Shown piece by piece: positions 12,266-21,001 of a DNA stretch of 48,216 bases. The notes under the pieces are model-generated. The model worked only from the letters and a program-made list of their open reading frames with translations. It was not told the origin of the DNA and searched no databases. The stretch is from Myxococcota bacterium (lineage in GTDB: Bacteria; Myxococcota_A; UBA9160; SMWR01). The position numbers and the translations under genes were made by a program. Location of the stretch: NCBI GenBank assembly GCA_036482635.1, contig JAZFWH010000281.1, forward strand, positions 1 to 48,216. The letters are read 5' to 3'. Position 1 is the stretch's first letter. Every line of letters begins with the position of its first letter.

Positions 12266-13341
12266 GCCGCGTCCCCCTCGGACTCGGCCCGCGCCGCCAG
12301 CCGGCTCTGGACCGCGTCGATCATCTCGTCCAGATCGCCTTCGACGATCGCCTCCAGGCGGTGGAGCGTCACCCCCGCGCGGTGATCGGTGACGCGCGAT
12401 TGGGGGTAGTTGTACGTGCGGATCTTCTCGCTGCGCTCCCCCGTCCCGACCTGGGCGCGCCGGGCGCTGGCCCGCTCGTCGGCCAGCCGTTCCTGCTCAC
12501 GCTCGAGCAGACGCGAGCGAAGGATCTTGAGCGCGCGGGCCTTGTTCTTGTGCTGTGACTTCTCGTCCTGGCACTGCACGACCAGCTGCGTCGGAAGATG
12601 CGTGATGCGCACCGCGGAGTCCGTCGTGTTCACGCTCTGGCCACCCGGTCCCGACGCGCGAAACACGTCGATGCGCAGGTCCTTCGGCTCGATCTCCACG
12701 TCGACCTCTTCCGCCTCGGGCAGCACGGCCACGGTGACCGTGGAGGTGTGGATCCGCCCCTGGGACTCGGTGGTGGGCACGCGCTGGACCCGGTGCACGC
12801 CGCGCTCGTACTTGAGGCGGCTGTAGACGCGTTCGCCGCCGATGCTGGCGATCGCCTCCTTGAGCCCGCCCGCGCCGGTCTCGGACAGGCTGAGCGCCTC
12901 CAGCTTCCAGCCGCGCCGCTCGGCGTAGCGCGAGTACATGCGGAACAGCTCGCCGGCGAACAGCGCTGCCTCCTCGCCCCCCGTGCCGGCACGGATCTCG
13001 AGGATCACGTTCTTCTCGTCGTTCGGGTCCCGCGGCGCGAGCAGGGCGCGAATCTCGCCCTCCAGGGCCTCCCGCTCCCCGTCCAGCCGCTCGAGCTCCG
13101 AGCGGGCCAGCTCCTGAACCTCCGCGTCGGCATCGGAGAGCATGCTGCGGGCCTCGTCGATCGCCGCCAGCGAGCGCCGGTAGCGTTCGGCCGCGTCCAC
13201 TGCCGGCCGCAAGGCTGCCAGCTCCTTGCCCAGGCGCGCGTACTCCCCCGGCGATCCCGCCACCTGGGGATCCGCCAGGCGCGCCTCGAAGCCGCGCGCG
13301 CGCTCTTCGAGAGCCGCAAGTCTATCGAGCAGGTCCGACAT
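12262..13341 (-). CDS. prfA: Peptide chain release factor 1
   Basis: [21 protein letters not shown] (RF1 PxT), [19 protein letters not shown]. Start reassigned to ATG 13341. Confidence 0.97.
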   Translation of the reverse strand: MSDLLDRLAALEERARGFEARLADPQVAGSPGEYARLGKELAALRPAVDAAERYRRSLAAIDEARSMLSDADAEVQELARSELERLDGEREALEGEIRALLAPRDPNDEKNVILEIRAGTGGEEAALFAGELFRMYSRYAERRGWKLEALSLSETGAGGLKEAIASIGGERVYSRLKYERGVHRVQRVPTTESQGRIHTSTVTVAVLPEAEEVDVEIEPKDLRIDVFRASGPGGQSVNTTDSAVRITHLPTQLVVQCQDEKSQHKNKARALKILRSRLLEREQERLADERASARRAQVGTGERSEKIRTYNYPQSRVTDHRAGVTLHRLEAIVEGDLDEMIDAVQSRLAARAESEGDAA

Positions 13342-13518
13342 CCGACGCCCAGACCGCGCATCGCGCGCGCCGCGCTCCATGGCCCGCATCTCCGCGCAGG
13401 GGACGCCGAGCGCGCGCCGCAGTGACGGTAGCACCGCGTTCGACGCGGCCGGGCTGGGAGGGCTCGCGATCGGCTCCGCGTCGCCGCTCTGGCCCCGCCC
13501 GAGCGGGGGCGGGAAACG

Positions 13519-14949
13519 TCAGGAGTTCATCGACTCGAGGAAGTCGTCGTTGGTATCGGTCGCCTTGACCTTCTCGAGCAGGAACTCCATCGAATCGACC
13601 GGGTTCAGCGGCGACAGCACCTTCCGCAGGATGTACATGCGGCTGAGCGTGGTCTCCGGAAGCAACAGCTCCTCGCGACGCGTGGACGAGCGGTTGATGT
13701 CCATGGCCGGGTAGGTGCGGCGGTCCGCCAGCTTGCGATCCAGCACGATCTCGCTGTTGCCCGTGCCCTTGAACTCCTCGAAGATCACCTCGTCCATCCG
13801 CGACCCGGTGTCGATCAGCGCCGTGCCGATGATGGTGAGGCTTCCGCCTTCCTCAACGTTGCGCGCCGCGCCGAAGAAGCGCTTCGGCTTGTGCAGGGCG
13901 TTGGAATCGACGCCGCCCGACAGGATCTTGCCCGAGTGCGGGACCACGGTGTTGTGGGCTCGCGCCAGCCGCGTGATCGAGTCGAGCAGGATCACCACGT
14001 CGCGGCGGTGCTCCACCAGGCGTCTCGCCTTCTCGATCACCATGTCGGCGACCTGGACGTGGCGCGTGGCCGGCTCGTCGAAGGTCGACGAGATCACCTC
14101 GGCCTTCACGGTCCGCTGCATGTCGGTGACCTCCTCGGGCCGCTCGTCGATCAGCAGCACGATCAGGAAGGCCTCCGGATGGTTCTCCGCGATCGCGTTG
14201 GCGATGTCCTTGAGGATCATCGTCTTGCCCGCCTTGGGCGGCGACGTGATCAGGGCGCGCTGGCCCTTCCCGATCGGCGCGATCAGGTCGATGATCCGGG
14301 TGGTGAGACCGCCCGACTTCGCCTCCAGGTTGAACTTCTCCTCCGGATAGAGCGGCGTGAGGTTGTCGAAGAGGATCTTGTGCCGCGCCGCCTCGGGAGA
14401 CTCGAGGTTGATCGAGTCGACCTTGAGCAGGGCGAAGTAGCGCTCGCCCTCCTTGGGCGGGCGGATCTGCCCCAGGACAGTGTCGCCGGTGCGCAGGGCG
14501 AAGCGCCGGATCTGGGACGGCGAGACGTAGATGTCGTCCGGCCCGGCCAGGTAGTTCTGGTCCGGGGCGCGCAAGAAACCGAAACCGTCCGGCAGGGTCT
14601 CGAGCACGCCCTCGGCGTAGATCTTGCCCCGCTTCTCGGTCTGCGCATTCAGGATCTCGAAGATCAGGTCCTGCTTGCGCAGGCCCGCGGCGTTCTCGAC
14701 GCTGAGCGACTCGGCGAAGGTCGTCAGCTCCTCCATCGACTGCAGCTTCAGCTCCTTGACGTGGATCCGCTCGGCGTTGGGATCGTCGTCGACCAGCTCT
14801 TCTTCGTACGGATCGTCTTCCGGGAACCCTTGCATCCGATTCCGCCGGGGATCGTGGGCACCGTTGCCCCCGCCGCGGGAACGCCGGCCGCGGCCGCGGC
14901 GGGATCGTCCATGGGGGGAGGTCGGCTCACCTGTTCGTTGACTGCTCAC
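13519..14949 (-). CDS. rho: Transcription termination factor Rho
   Basis: [55 protein letters not shown]. Start set at GTG 14949 (AGAGGA RBS); the frame stays open to 15189. Confidence 0.96.
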   Translation of the reverse strand: MSSQRTGEPTSPHGRSRRGRGRRSRGGGNGAHDPRRNRMQGFPEDDPYEEELVDDDPNAERIHVKELKLQSMEELTTFAESLSVENAAGLRKQDLIFEILNAQTEKRGKIYAEGVLETLPDGFGFLRAPDQNYLAGPDDIYVSPSQIRRFALRTGDTVLGQIRPPKEGERYFALLKVDSINLESPEAARHKILFDNLTPLYPEEKFNLEAKSGGLTTRIIDLIAPIGKGQRALITSPPKAGKTMILKDIANAIAENHPEAFLIVLLIDERPEEVTDMQRTVKAEVISSTFDEPATRHVQVADMVIEKARRLVEHRRDVVILLDSITRLARAHNTVVPHSGKILSGGVDSNALHKPKRFFGAARNVEEGGSLTIIGTALIDTGSRMDEVIFEEFKGTGNSEIVLDRKLADRRTYPAMDINRSSTRREELLLPETTLSRMYILRKVLSPLNPVDSMEFLLEKVKATDTNDDFLESMNS

Positions 14950-15305
14950 GAGTCCTCTCTTGCGTGGGTAGGTAGGTTGATTGCGGGCGTGGGATCCAGG
15001 GGTGTCAGTGTTGCGGCACCGCGGGTGCTTGACCGATCGTGCCGCGTACCACGCGGGGTTCGCTGGGCACCTGGGGCCCGGCCATCGCTGCCGGGCCTCG
15101 GTCCTCCGGATGGAGTGTGAAGGGGTCGGGTCTAGCCTCTCGTTCGGTTGGTCAGGCCCAAAAGTTGACCGAAAACGGGTTGACCCCACACCGCGGCAGG
15201 AACCCGTTCCTGCGGGGACCCACCTTCAATTGGCTGGAAAGGAACGGCCAGTGGGAAGCTTTCAGATCTACTCGCGATTCCCCAGCAAGGCCAAAACTCG
15301 CTCGA

Positions 15306-15334
15306 AGGCTAAGACGCACCTCGCGTGGTGTCAA
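15306..15334 (-). promoter_or_regulatory. sigma70-type promoter for rho
   Basis: Minus strand TTGACA-N17-TAGCCT. The -35 is perfect and overlaps the pgeF stop codon. Confidence 0.7.
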
Positions 15335-16005
15335 CCCTCCCGCGATCGAGCGGCGATGAAGTGGACCAGACGTCCCGCGCGAGGCCCATCGCGCCGGTAG
15401 GAATGAAAGCGCTCGCGATCGCAGCGGGTGCACGCGTCCGGGAGCGCGCCGACCGCGCTCGCCGCGAGGCCCGCCGTGACGAGGGCGAGCCGCACCAGAG
15501 CGCCGAGATCCAGCAGAGCGTGTCCGGCGCGCGCGGGGCGCAGCGCACCTTCGAGATCGCGTGCGAAACGCGGACTCAGCGCGTCGAGCACCGGATCGTC
15601 GACCTCGTAGCAACACGGCCCGATGTGGGGACCGATGGCGGCCACCAGCTCGGGCTCGTCGAGCGCGGCGCCGCGCAGCGCATCCACTCCGGCGGCCACG
15701 ACTCCGCGCGCGAGCCCGCGCCAGCCGGCGTGGATCGCCGCCACGGCCGAGCCCCGGGAGCTCGCCAGCAGGATCGGCACGCAGTCGGCGGTCAGAATGC
15801 CCACTGGGACACCCGCGGCCGCGCAGACCACTGCGTCGGCGGCGGGGGGCTCCGGCCCGCCGCATTGGTCGGCGTCCACCACGCCGGCGCCGTGCACCTG
15901 CCTCGGCCGTCGGATGCCGGGCGGGGCCGCGCTGCCGCGCAGGCCGAAGCCGTGCGCGACCCGACGGCCCGTCAGCAGCGGGTGCGCGAGGGGCGCCGGG
16001 CTCAC
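15331..16005 (-). CDS. pgeF: YfiH/PgeF family (peptidoglycan editing factor / purine nucleoside phosphorylase-like)
   Basis: QVHG, TADCVPILL, HAGWRG, IGPHIGPCCYEV, FHSYRR. Conserved position downstream of rluD. Confidence 0.92.
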   Translation of the reverse strand: MSPAPLAHPLLTGRRVAHGFGLRGSAAPPGIRRPRQVHGAGVVDADQCGGPEPPAADAVVCAAAGVPVGILTADCVPILLASSRGSAVAAIHAGWRGLARGVVAAGVDALRGAALDEPELVAAIGPHIGPCCYEVDDPVLDALSPRFARDLEGALRPARAGHALLDLGALVRLALVTAGLAASAVGALPDACTRCDRERFHSYRRDGPRAGRLVHFIAARSREG

Positions 16006-17078
16006 CCGGAGCTCGACTCCCGCCGCTCCAGCGCAGCCAGCAGCTCCCGCAGATCCTCCGGCAGCGGGGCCTCGTGGCGCACGCGCAGGCCCGTGCGCGG
16101 GTGGGTGAAGCCGAGCACGGCCGCGTGCAGTGCGGGGCGCGCGGGCGCCTGCGGCCCCTTGCCCCGGACTCCGCTCGCCTGGCTTGCGGAAGCCCCCCTC
16201 CGCTCGGCTTCGCCTCGCTGCGCGCCCTTCGGGCTTGCCGCTGAACTCCGCTCGGCTTCGCCTCGCTGCGCGCCCTTCGGGCTTGCCGGCTCACTGGGCG
16301 GCGCCCTGCCGGGCCGGCCGTAGACGGGGTCGCCCACGATCGGCAGGCCGGCTGCGGCGAGGTGCACGCGGATCTGGTGCGTGCGCCCCGTGCCGGGGCG
16401 AACTTCCAGCCACGAGCGCTGGCTGGCCGGGAAGCGCCGCAGCACGCGCCACTCCGTGCGGGCTTCGCGGCCCCCGCTGGCGCGCACAGACATGCGCTTG
16501 CGGTCGCGGGGATGGCGCCCGATCGGGCGCTCGCTGCGACCGGCGTCCGCGCTGGGCAGACCGTGCACCAGCGCGAGGTAGACGCGCTCGACCTCGTGGT
16601 CGCGGAACTGCTCCGCGAGTCGGTGATGCGCCGCGTCGTGCTTGGCCACCACCAGCGCGCCGGAGGTCCCGCGGTCGAGCCGGTGGACGATGCCCGGGCG
16701 CAGCACACCGCCCACCGCGGCGAGCCGGCCGCAGTGGTGGAGCAGTGCGTGGACGAGCGTCCCGCTGGCGTGACCGGGTGCGGGGTGCACCACCATGCCC
16801 GCCGGCTTGTCCACCACGATCACGTCGTCGTCCTCGTGGAGCACGGAAAGGGGAATCGGCTCCGGGGTGAGCGGCGGCGGCAGGGGCTCCGGCGGCGTCG
16901 CCTCGAGCGAGTCTCCCACCCGCACGCGCTGGCTGGGGCGACAGGCCTCCCCGTTCAGGCGCACCAGGCCGGCGTCGATCCAGCGGCGGGCCTGGGAGCG
17001 CGAGATGCCGGTGACGGCGGCCAGGACCAGATCGAGCCGTTGCCCGCCTTCCGCTTCGCCGACGACGAGGCGGGTCAC
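16002..17078 (-). CDS. rluD: RluA-family 23S rRNA pseudouridine synthase with S4 domain and a repeat-derived C-terminal insertion
   Basis: S4 domain (RLD...SRSQARRWI), KPAGMVVHP, HRLDRGTSG, TGRTHQIRVH, GDPVYG, ALHA. Confidence 0.9.
   Translation of the reverse strand: MTRLVVGEAEGGQRLDLVLAAVTGISRSQARRWIDAGLVRLNGEACRPSQRVRVGDSLEATPPEPLPPPLTPEPIPLSVLHEDDDVIVVDKPAGMVVHPAPGHASGTLVHALLHHCGRLAAVGGVLRPGIVHRLDRGTSGALVVAKHDAAHHRLAEQFRDHEVERVYLALVHGLPSADAGRSERPIGRHPRDRKRMSVRASGGREARTEWRVLRRFPASQRSWLEVRPGTGRTHQIRVHLAAAGLPIVGDPVYGRPGRAPPSEPASPKGAQRGEAERSSAASPKGAQRGEAERRGASASQASGVRGKGPQAPARPALHAAVLGFTHPRTGLRVRHEAPLPEDLRELLAALERRESSSG
16198..16288. repeat. Two identical 43-nt direct repeats (48-nt period) inside rluD
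   Basis: ctccgctcggcttcgcctcgctgcgcgcccttcgggcttgccg at 16198-16240 and 16246-16288. Encodes ASPKGAQRGEAER twice. Confidence 0.95.
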
Positions 17079-17689
17079 CCGAGCGAGTCGTAGAGCGAAG
17101 CGCCCCCGTCACCCCCCAACGCACACTCGTAGCGCCTCATGTACGCACTCGCGGCGCGCCCGGAATCGAGCCCCAGGCACGACGCGTAGGCGGCGACGAA
17201 GCCGCGCACGTAGACGCGCGCCGGCAGATCGGCGAACCGCTCCTCCTCCAGGCAGCGCAGGAAGGTCGAGCTGATCTTGGTCTTGTCGGCGACCTCCTCG
17301 AGGTCGAGACCGCGGCGCAGCCGCGCGCGCCGCAAGCGGGACCCGTCGAAGTCGCCGCCTTCCTCTTCGAGTCCCTCGAGCGGGTCGCGCGGTCGCTCGC
17401 GCTCCGCGCTGGCTGCAAGGGGTACGGGCGCGGCGCGCGGCGCGTCCGGGCCGGCCAGCGAGACGTCGTACGCGCGGCGCGCCTCGCCGTTGGAGAGCAC
17501 TCGATAGGCGGCCTCCACGCGCTCCAGGATCGCCACGGCGTCGCCCTCGGCGAACACCGAGTAGCCGGCCAGCGAGTCGTTGCCGTAGGTCATCCGGGCC
17601 ATCCGGTAGGCGCGCTCGATCTGGTCGCCGTTCGCGTCCCGAGAGACCTCGAGGACCTCGTAGTAGCTCTGCACGGGAAGCGGCTTCAA
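17075..17689 (-). CDS. J-domain-like (no HPD) plus Xre/RodZ-type helix-turn-helix protein
   Basis: YYEVLEVSRDA..QIERAYR and AYRVLSNGEARRAYD (J-like). GSRLRRARLRRGLDLEEVADKTKIS..LEEE..LPARVYVRGFV..YA..LGLD (RodZ-like HTH). Confidence 0.8.
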   Translation of the reverse strand: MKPLPVQSYYEVLEVSRDANGDQIERAYRMARMTYGNDSLAGYSVFAEGDAVAILERVEAAYRVLSNGEARRAYDVSLAGPDAPRAAPVPLAASAERERPRDPLEGLEEEGGDFDGSRLRRARLRRGLDLEEVADKTKISSTFLRCLEEERFADLPARVYVRGFVAAYASCLGLDSGRAASAYMRRYECALGGDGGASLYDSLG

Positions 17690-18663
17690 TGGCCCTTCTC
17701 CAGGCGGTCGCTCTCCACGGACGGTTGCGGCGCCGCCAGCTTGGCCGCGATCCGCGCGATGTAGACCGCGGCGTCGGACCGAGGTTGCTGCTCCACCACC
17801 GGCGAGCGGGCGCGCACCGAGCGGCGCACTGCATCGTCGTGGTTGACGTAGCCCAGGTACTCGGAGTCGATCCCGAAGTACTTGCGGCAGATGCTCTGCA
17901 CCGAGAAGCCGAGGCGGATGTCGTCCGCCGTCCGCGCATCGTTGATGACGATGCGCGGACGGAAGGCGCGCACCGTCTCCACGAAGCGCGCCCCCTCTTT
18001 CGCGTCGCTGGCGCGGATCTCGCGCAGCAGGTCCAGCGGCGTGCGAATGCCGAGCTCGTTGCGCTGGTCCATGGCCAGCGTCACCAGCCTGCGCACCTCG
18101 TGGGACACCATGGCCAGGCGCAGCCGGCGGTAGAAGGCGGCCCGCACGAAGGCGTAGGCGTTCTCGACCGACGTGGGCTCCGGCGCGATCACCACCAGCC
18201 CGCCCTCGCCGATCATGAAGTAGTCCATCACCGCCGGGGATGTGCCCGCTCCCAGATCGACGAGGACGAAGTCGGTGGGGAGCTCGCGCAGCGCGCGCAG
18301 CAGGCGCAGGCGCCGCGAGTGGCCCGGCTGCGGGGTCGCCAGGTTGCCGTGGGTGGCGGCGATCAGCTGCACGCGGGGAATCGGCGTGTCGAGGACCAGC
18401 TTGCGCAGGTCGTCTTCGCGCTGGGCGACGAAGTCCGCCAGGCTGCAGCGCGGCTTCGCCACCCCGAGACAGGTGTGGAGGTTGGCCCCCTCCAGGTCGC
18501 CGTCGACGGCGACGACGCGGTAGCCCTCGCGGGCCAGCGCCGCCGCCAGGTTGGCCACCAGGAAGGTCTTGCCGACGCCCCCCTTGCCACCACCCACGGG
18601 AATCATGCGAACGCCGCTGAGCGGCCGGCCTCGCACCGAGGGGCGGCGGGCACCGGAGGTCAT
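17686..18663 (-). CDS. MinD/ParA/FlhG-family P-loop ATPase
   Basis: Deviant Walker A GGGKGGVGKT, VDGDLEGANLH, VDLGAGT, PEPTSVENAY. Start at ATG 18663 or 18606. Confidence 0.85.
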   Translation of the reverse strand: MTSGARRPSVRGRPLSGVRMIPVGGGKGGVGKTFLVANLAAALAREGYRVVAVDGDLEGANLHTCLGVAKPRCSLADFVAQREDDLRKLVLDTPIPRVQLIAATHGNLATPQPGHSRRLRLLRALRELPTDFVLVDLGAGTSPAVMDYFMIGEGGLVVIAPEPTSVENAYAFVRAAFYRRLRLAMVSHEVRRLVTLAMDQRNELGIRTPLDLLREIRASDAKEGARFVETVRAFRPRIVINDARTADDIRLGFSVQSICRKYFGIDSEYLGYVNHDDAVRRSVRARSPVVEQQPRSDAAVYIARIAAKLAAPQPSVESDRLEKGH

Positions 18664-18722
18664 CAGCAGGCCGAGGCCGGAGCCCAGCGACGCACCGCTG
18701 GAGCCCTCGCCCTGCTGGGCGG

Positions 18723-19322
18723 CTATCCGGCTAGGCCCATGCTCCGCCGACCCCCGTCGACGATGGTCAAGAAGGGTCTCCACTCCTCGTAGCGCACGCT
18801 CGATGCGATCACGTTCAAGAGCGGCGTCCAACGAGGACGTGCCGGCCGGCGCTGCAGAAGCAGCCGCGCTTGCTCCGGGGTGCGACCCCCTTTGCGTCGG
18901 TTGCACTCGACGCAACTGCACACCACATTTTCCCACGTGGTCTTCCCGCCCAGCGAGCGGGGAATCACGTGGTCCAGGTTGAGTTGTGATCGGTGGGGGG
19001 TGGCGCCGCAATACTGACAGGTAAACCGGTCTCGTGCAAACACGTTGACCCGGCTGTAGCGTACGTGGCGGCGTGGGATGCGATCGAAGACCAGCAGCAC
19101 GATCACCCGGGGCAGCCGGATCGCTCCACTCGGCGTCCCGACGGCCTCGGCCGCCCCGCGCGCCCTCACCCGCCGCCAGCCGTCGAAGTCGAAGGTCCGG
19201 TACTCCGCGTTCACGACCAGCGCCGACCCCTGGTAGACCAGCGAGAAGGCTCGCCGCGCCGTGGTCACGTGGACTGGCAGGTACGAGCGGTTCAAGACGA
19301 GGACGTTCGAGCTCAACATCAC
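18723..19322 (-). CDS. HNH endonuclease (McrA-like)
   Basis: VLVLNRSYLP, PRVIVL, RDRFTCQYCG, DHVIPRSLGG..WENVVCSCVECNRRKG. Confidence 0.92.
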   Translation of the reverse strand: MMLSSNVLVLNRSYLPVHVTTARRAFSLVYQGSALVVNAEYRTFDFDGWRRVRARGAAEAVGTPSGAIRLPRVIVLLVFDRIPRRHVRYSRVNVFARDRFTCQYCGATPHRSQLNLDHVIPRSLGGKTTWENVVCSCVECNRRKGGRTPEQARLLLQRRPARPRWTPLLNVIASSVRYEEWRPFLTIVDGGRRSMGLAG

Positions 19323-19357
19323 GCGATCTTCGGCATCTCGCTCATTTTTGGGCGCTA

Positions 19358-19386
19358 ATTCTACGAAAACGCCCCTCAGCGTTCAA
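19358..19386 (-). promoter_or_regulatory. sigma70-type promoter upstream of the HNH gene
   Basis: Minus strand TTGAAC-N17-TAGAAT. Confidence 0.65.
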
Positions 19387-19398
19387 ACGCGGTCTTCC

Positions 19399-20823
19399 CT
19401 ACGGGGGCGAGCGCGTACCCGCCGGGCGCCCGAGTGCCTCGGCCAGGGCCATTTCGACGGCGACCTCGTCCCCGTCGAGCAGCGTGCGCACGTCGAGCAC
19501 CACCCGGTCGTCGCGGATGCGCGCCAGCACGGGGACCGACGCGTGGCGCAGGCGCGAGACCAGGCGCTCGGCGCCGCCGCCGGCGTCGAGGACCACCACC
19601 CAGCTGTCGAGCTCGAAGCCGGGCAGCGAGCCGCCCCCGACCGCGGTGCGATCGGGGGCCAGCGACACGTCGACGTCCGCGCCCGCCAGCTTGGCGAGGC
19701 GTTCGACCAGGCCGCGGGCCCGCACTTCCAGCTGCGCGGGCTGCGCCAGCAGCTGGCGCAGGACCGGGATCTCGCGTTCGGCGCGGCCGTCGAGGTAGGC
19801 CTCCAGCGTCCAGTCCAGCGCGGCGAGGGTCAGCTTGTCGAGGCGCAGCGCCCGCGCCAGCGGGTTGCGGCGCATCGCGTCGACGCGGCGGGCCGTCCCG
19901 AGCGCGATTCCGGCCTGCGGCCCGCCCAGCAGCTTGTCGCCCGAGAAGCAGACGACGTCGGCGCCCTGGCGCAGCCGGGCGCGGGCGTCCACGTCGGGCG
20001 GAAAGCCGCGCTGCGACAGGTCCACGAATGTCGCGCTGCCGAGATCCTCCACCACGGGCAACCCGCGCCGCTGGCCGATCTCGGCCAGCTCGGCCAGCGA
20101 CACCTCGGAAACGAAGCCCCGCACCTCGAAGTTGCTGCGGTGCACCTTGAGCAGGAGCGCGGTGCGCTCGCCGATGGCGCGCTCGTAGTCCTCGGGGTGG
20201 GTGCGGTTGGTGGTGCCGACCTCGACCAGGCGCACGCCCGCGCGCGCCACGATGTCGGGCACCCGAAAGGAGCCCCCGATCTCGACGAGCTCCCCGCGCG
20301 ACACGACGACCTCGCGGCCGCGGGCCAGCGTGTCCAGCGCGAGCAGCACGGCGCCGGCGTTGTTGTTCACCGGGTGGGCCGCCTCGGCGCCGCTCAGCAG
20401 CACGAGCTTCTCCGCCACGGCCGCCGCGCGGTCTCCCCGGCGGCCGGTCGCCAGGTCCAGCTCCAGGTCGCCGTAGCCGGCCGCCGCGGCGGCGGCCGCG
20501 GCGGCGCCGGGCGCCAGCGGGGCGCGCCCCAGGTTCGTGTGCAGCACCACCCCGGTCGCGTTCACCACGCGGCGGGGGTGGGGGGCGCACAGGCTCGCGC
20601 CGCGCTCGGCGGCGCGGCGCAGCAGCTCGGTCTCCGCGCCCGGTGCCCCCGTGGGATCATCCGCGGCCAGCCGCTCTCGCTCTCCGGCCAGGACCTCCCG
20701 CACGGCGCGGGTAGCGGCCCAGACGGGGAGCTCCGGGTGCGTCCGCGAGAGCTGCCGGATCAGCCGATCCGCAGCCGGAAGGCCCCTCCTGGGGTCGGTC
20801 TTGACCGTGCGCTTTCGATCCAT
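19399..20823 (-). CDS. selA: L-seryl-tRNA(Sec) selenium transferase
   Basis: VVNATGVVLHTNLGRAPL, VNNNAGA, SRGELVEIGGSFRVPD, EVGTTNRT, HRSNF, FSGDKLLGGPQAG (PLP Lys). Confidence 0.96.
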   Translation of the reverse strand: MDRKRTVKTDPRRGLPAADRLIRQLSRTHPELPVWAATRAVREVLAGERERLAADDPTGAPGAETELLRRAAERGASLCAPHPRRVVNATGVVLHTNLGRAPLAPGAAAAAAAAAGYGDLELDLATGRRGDRAAAVAEKLVLLSGAEAAHPVNNNAGAVLLALDTLARGREVVVSRGELVEIGGSFRVPDIVARAGVRLVEVGTTNRTHPEDYERAIGERTALLLKVHRSNFEVRGFVSEVSLAELAEIGQRRGLPVVEDLGSATFVDLSQRGFPPDVDARARLRQGADVVCFSGDKLLGGPQAGIALGTARRVDAMRRNPLARALRLDKLTLAALDWTLEAYLDGRAEREIPVLRQLLAQPAQLEVRARGLVERLAKLAGADVDVSLAPDRTAVGGGSLPGFELDSWVVVLDAGGGAERLVSRLRHASVPVLARIRDDRVVLDVRTLLDGDEVAVEMALAEALGRPAGTRSPP

Positions 20824-20972
20824 GATCCTGTGTCTCAGGTTTGTCGTGCGGTCTGATCGGCGGTCCGCCCTCGTGGGGAGTAAAGACCCAATGCGAGGCG
20901 GGTCCGGAGCCGACGCGAGCCGGACGGGCGGCGGGGTGCTGCGCGGGGCTCCAGAGTCGGATCAACGGCCGC

Positions 20973-21001
20973 ACAGTAGATTGGCTTCCTGTGCGAGTCA
21001 A
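20973..21001 (-). promoter_or_regulatory. sigma70-type promoter for selA, overlapped by an inverted repeat
   Basis: Minus strand TTGACT-N17-TACTGT. Inverted repeat cgcacag (20970-20976) / ctgtgcg (20989-20995). Confidence 0.65.

Noticed and set aside
13493-13515. GC hairpin just after the rho stop as an intrinsic terminator
   Set aside because: The stem is plausible but there is no U-tract on the coding strand, and such stems are common at this GC content.
16198-16288. Direct repeats as a mini CRISPR array
   Set aside because: Only two units, a 5-nt spacer, located within a CDS, and no cas genes.
18723-19322. HNH gene as a defence system or homing/mobile element
   Set aside because: No methyltransferase, integrase, intron or terminal repeats nearby, and it sits among housekeeping genes.
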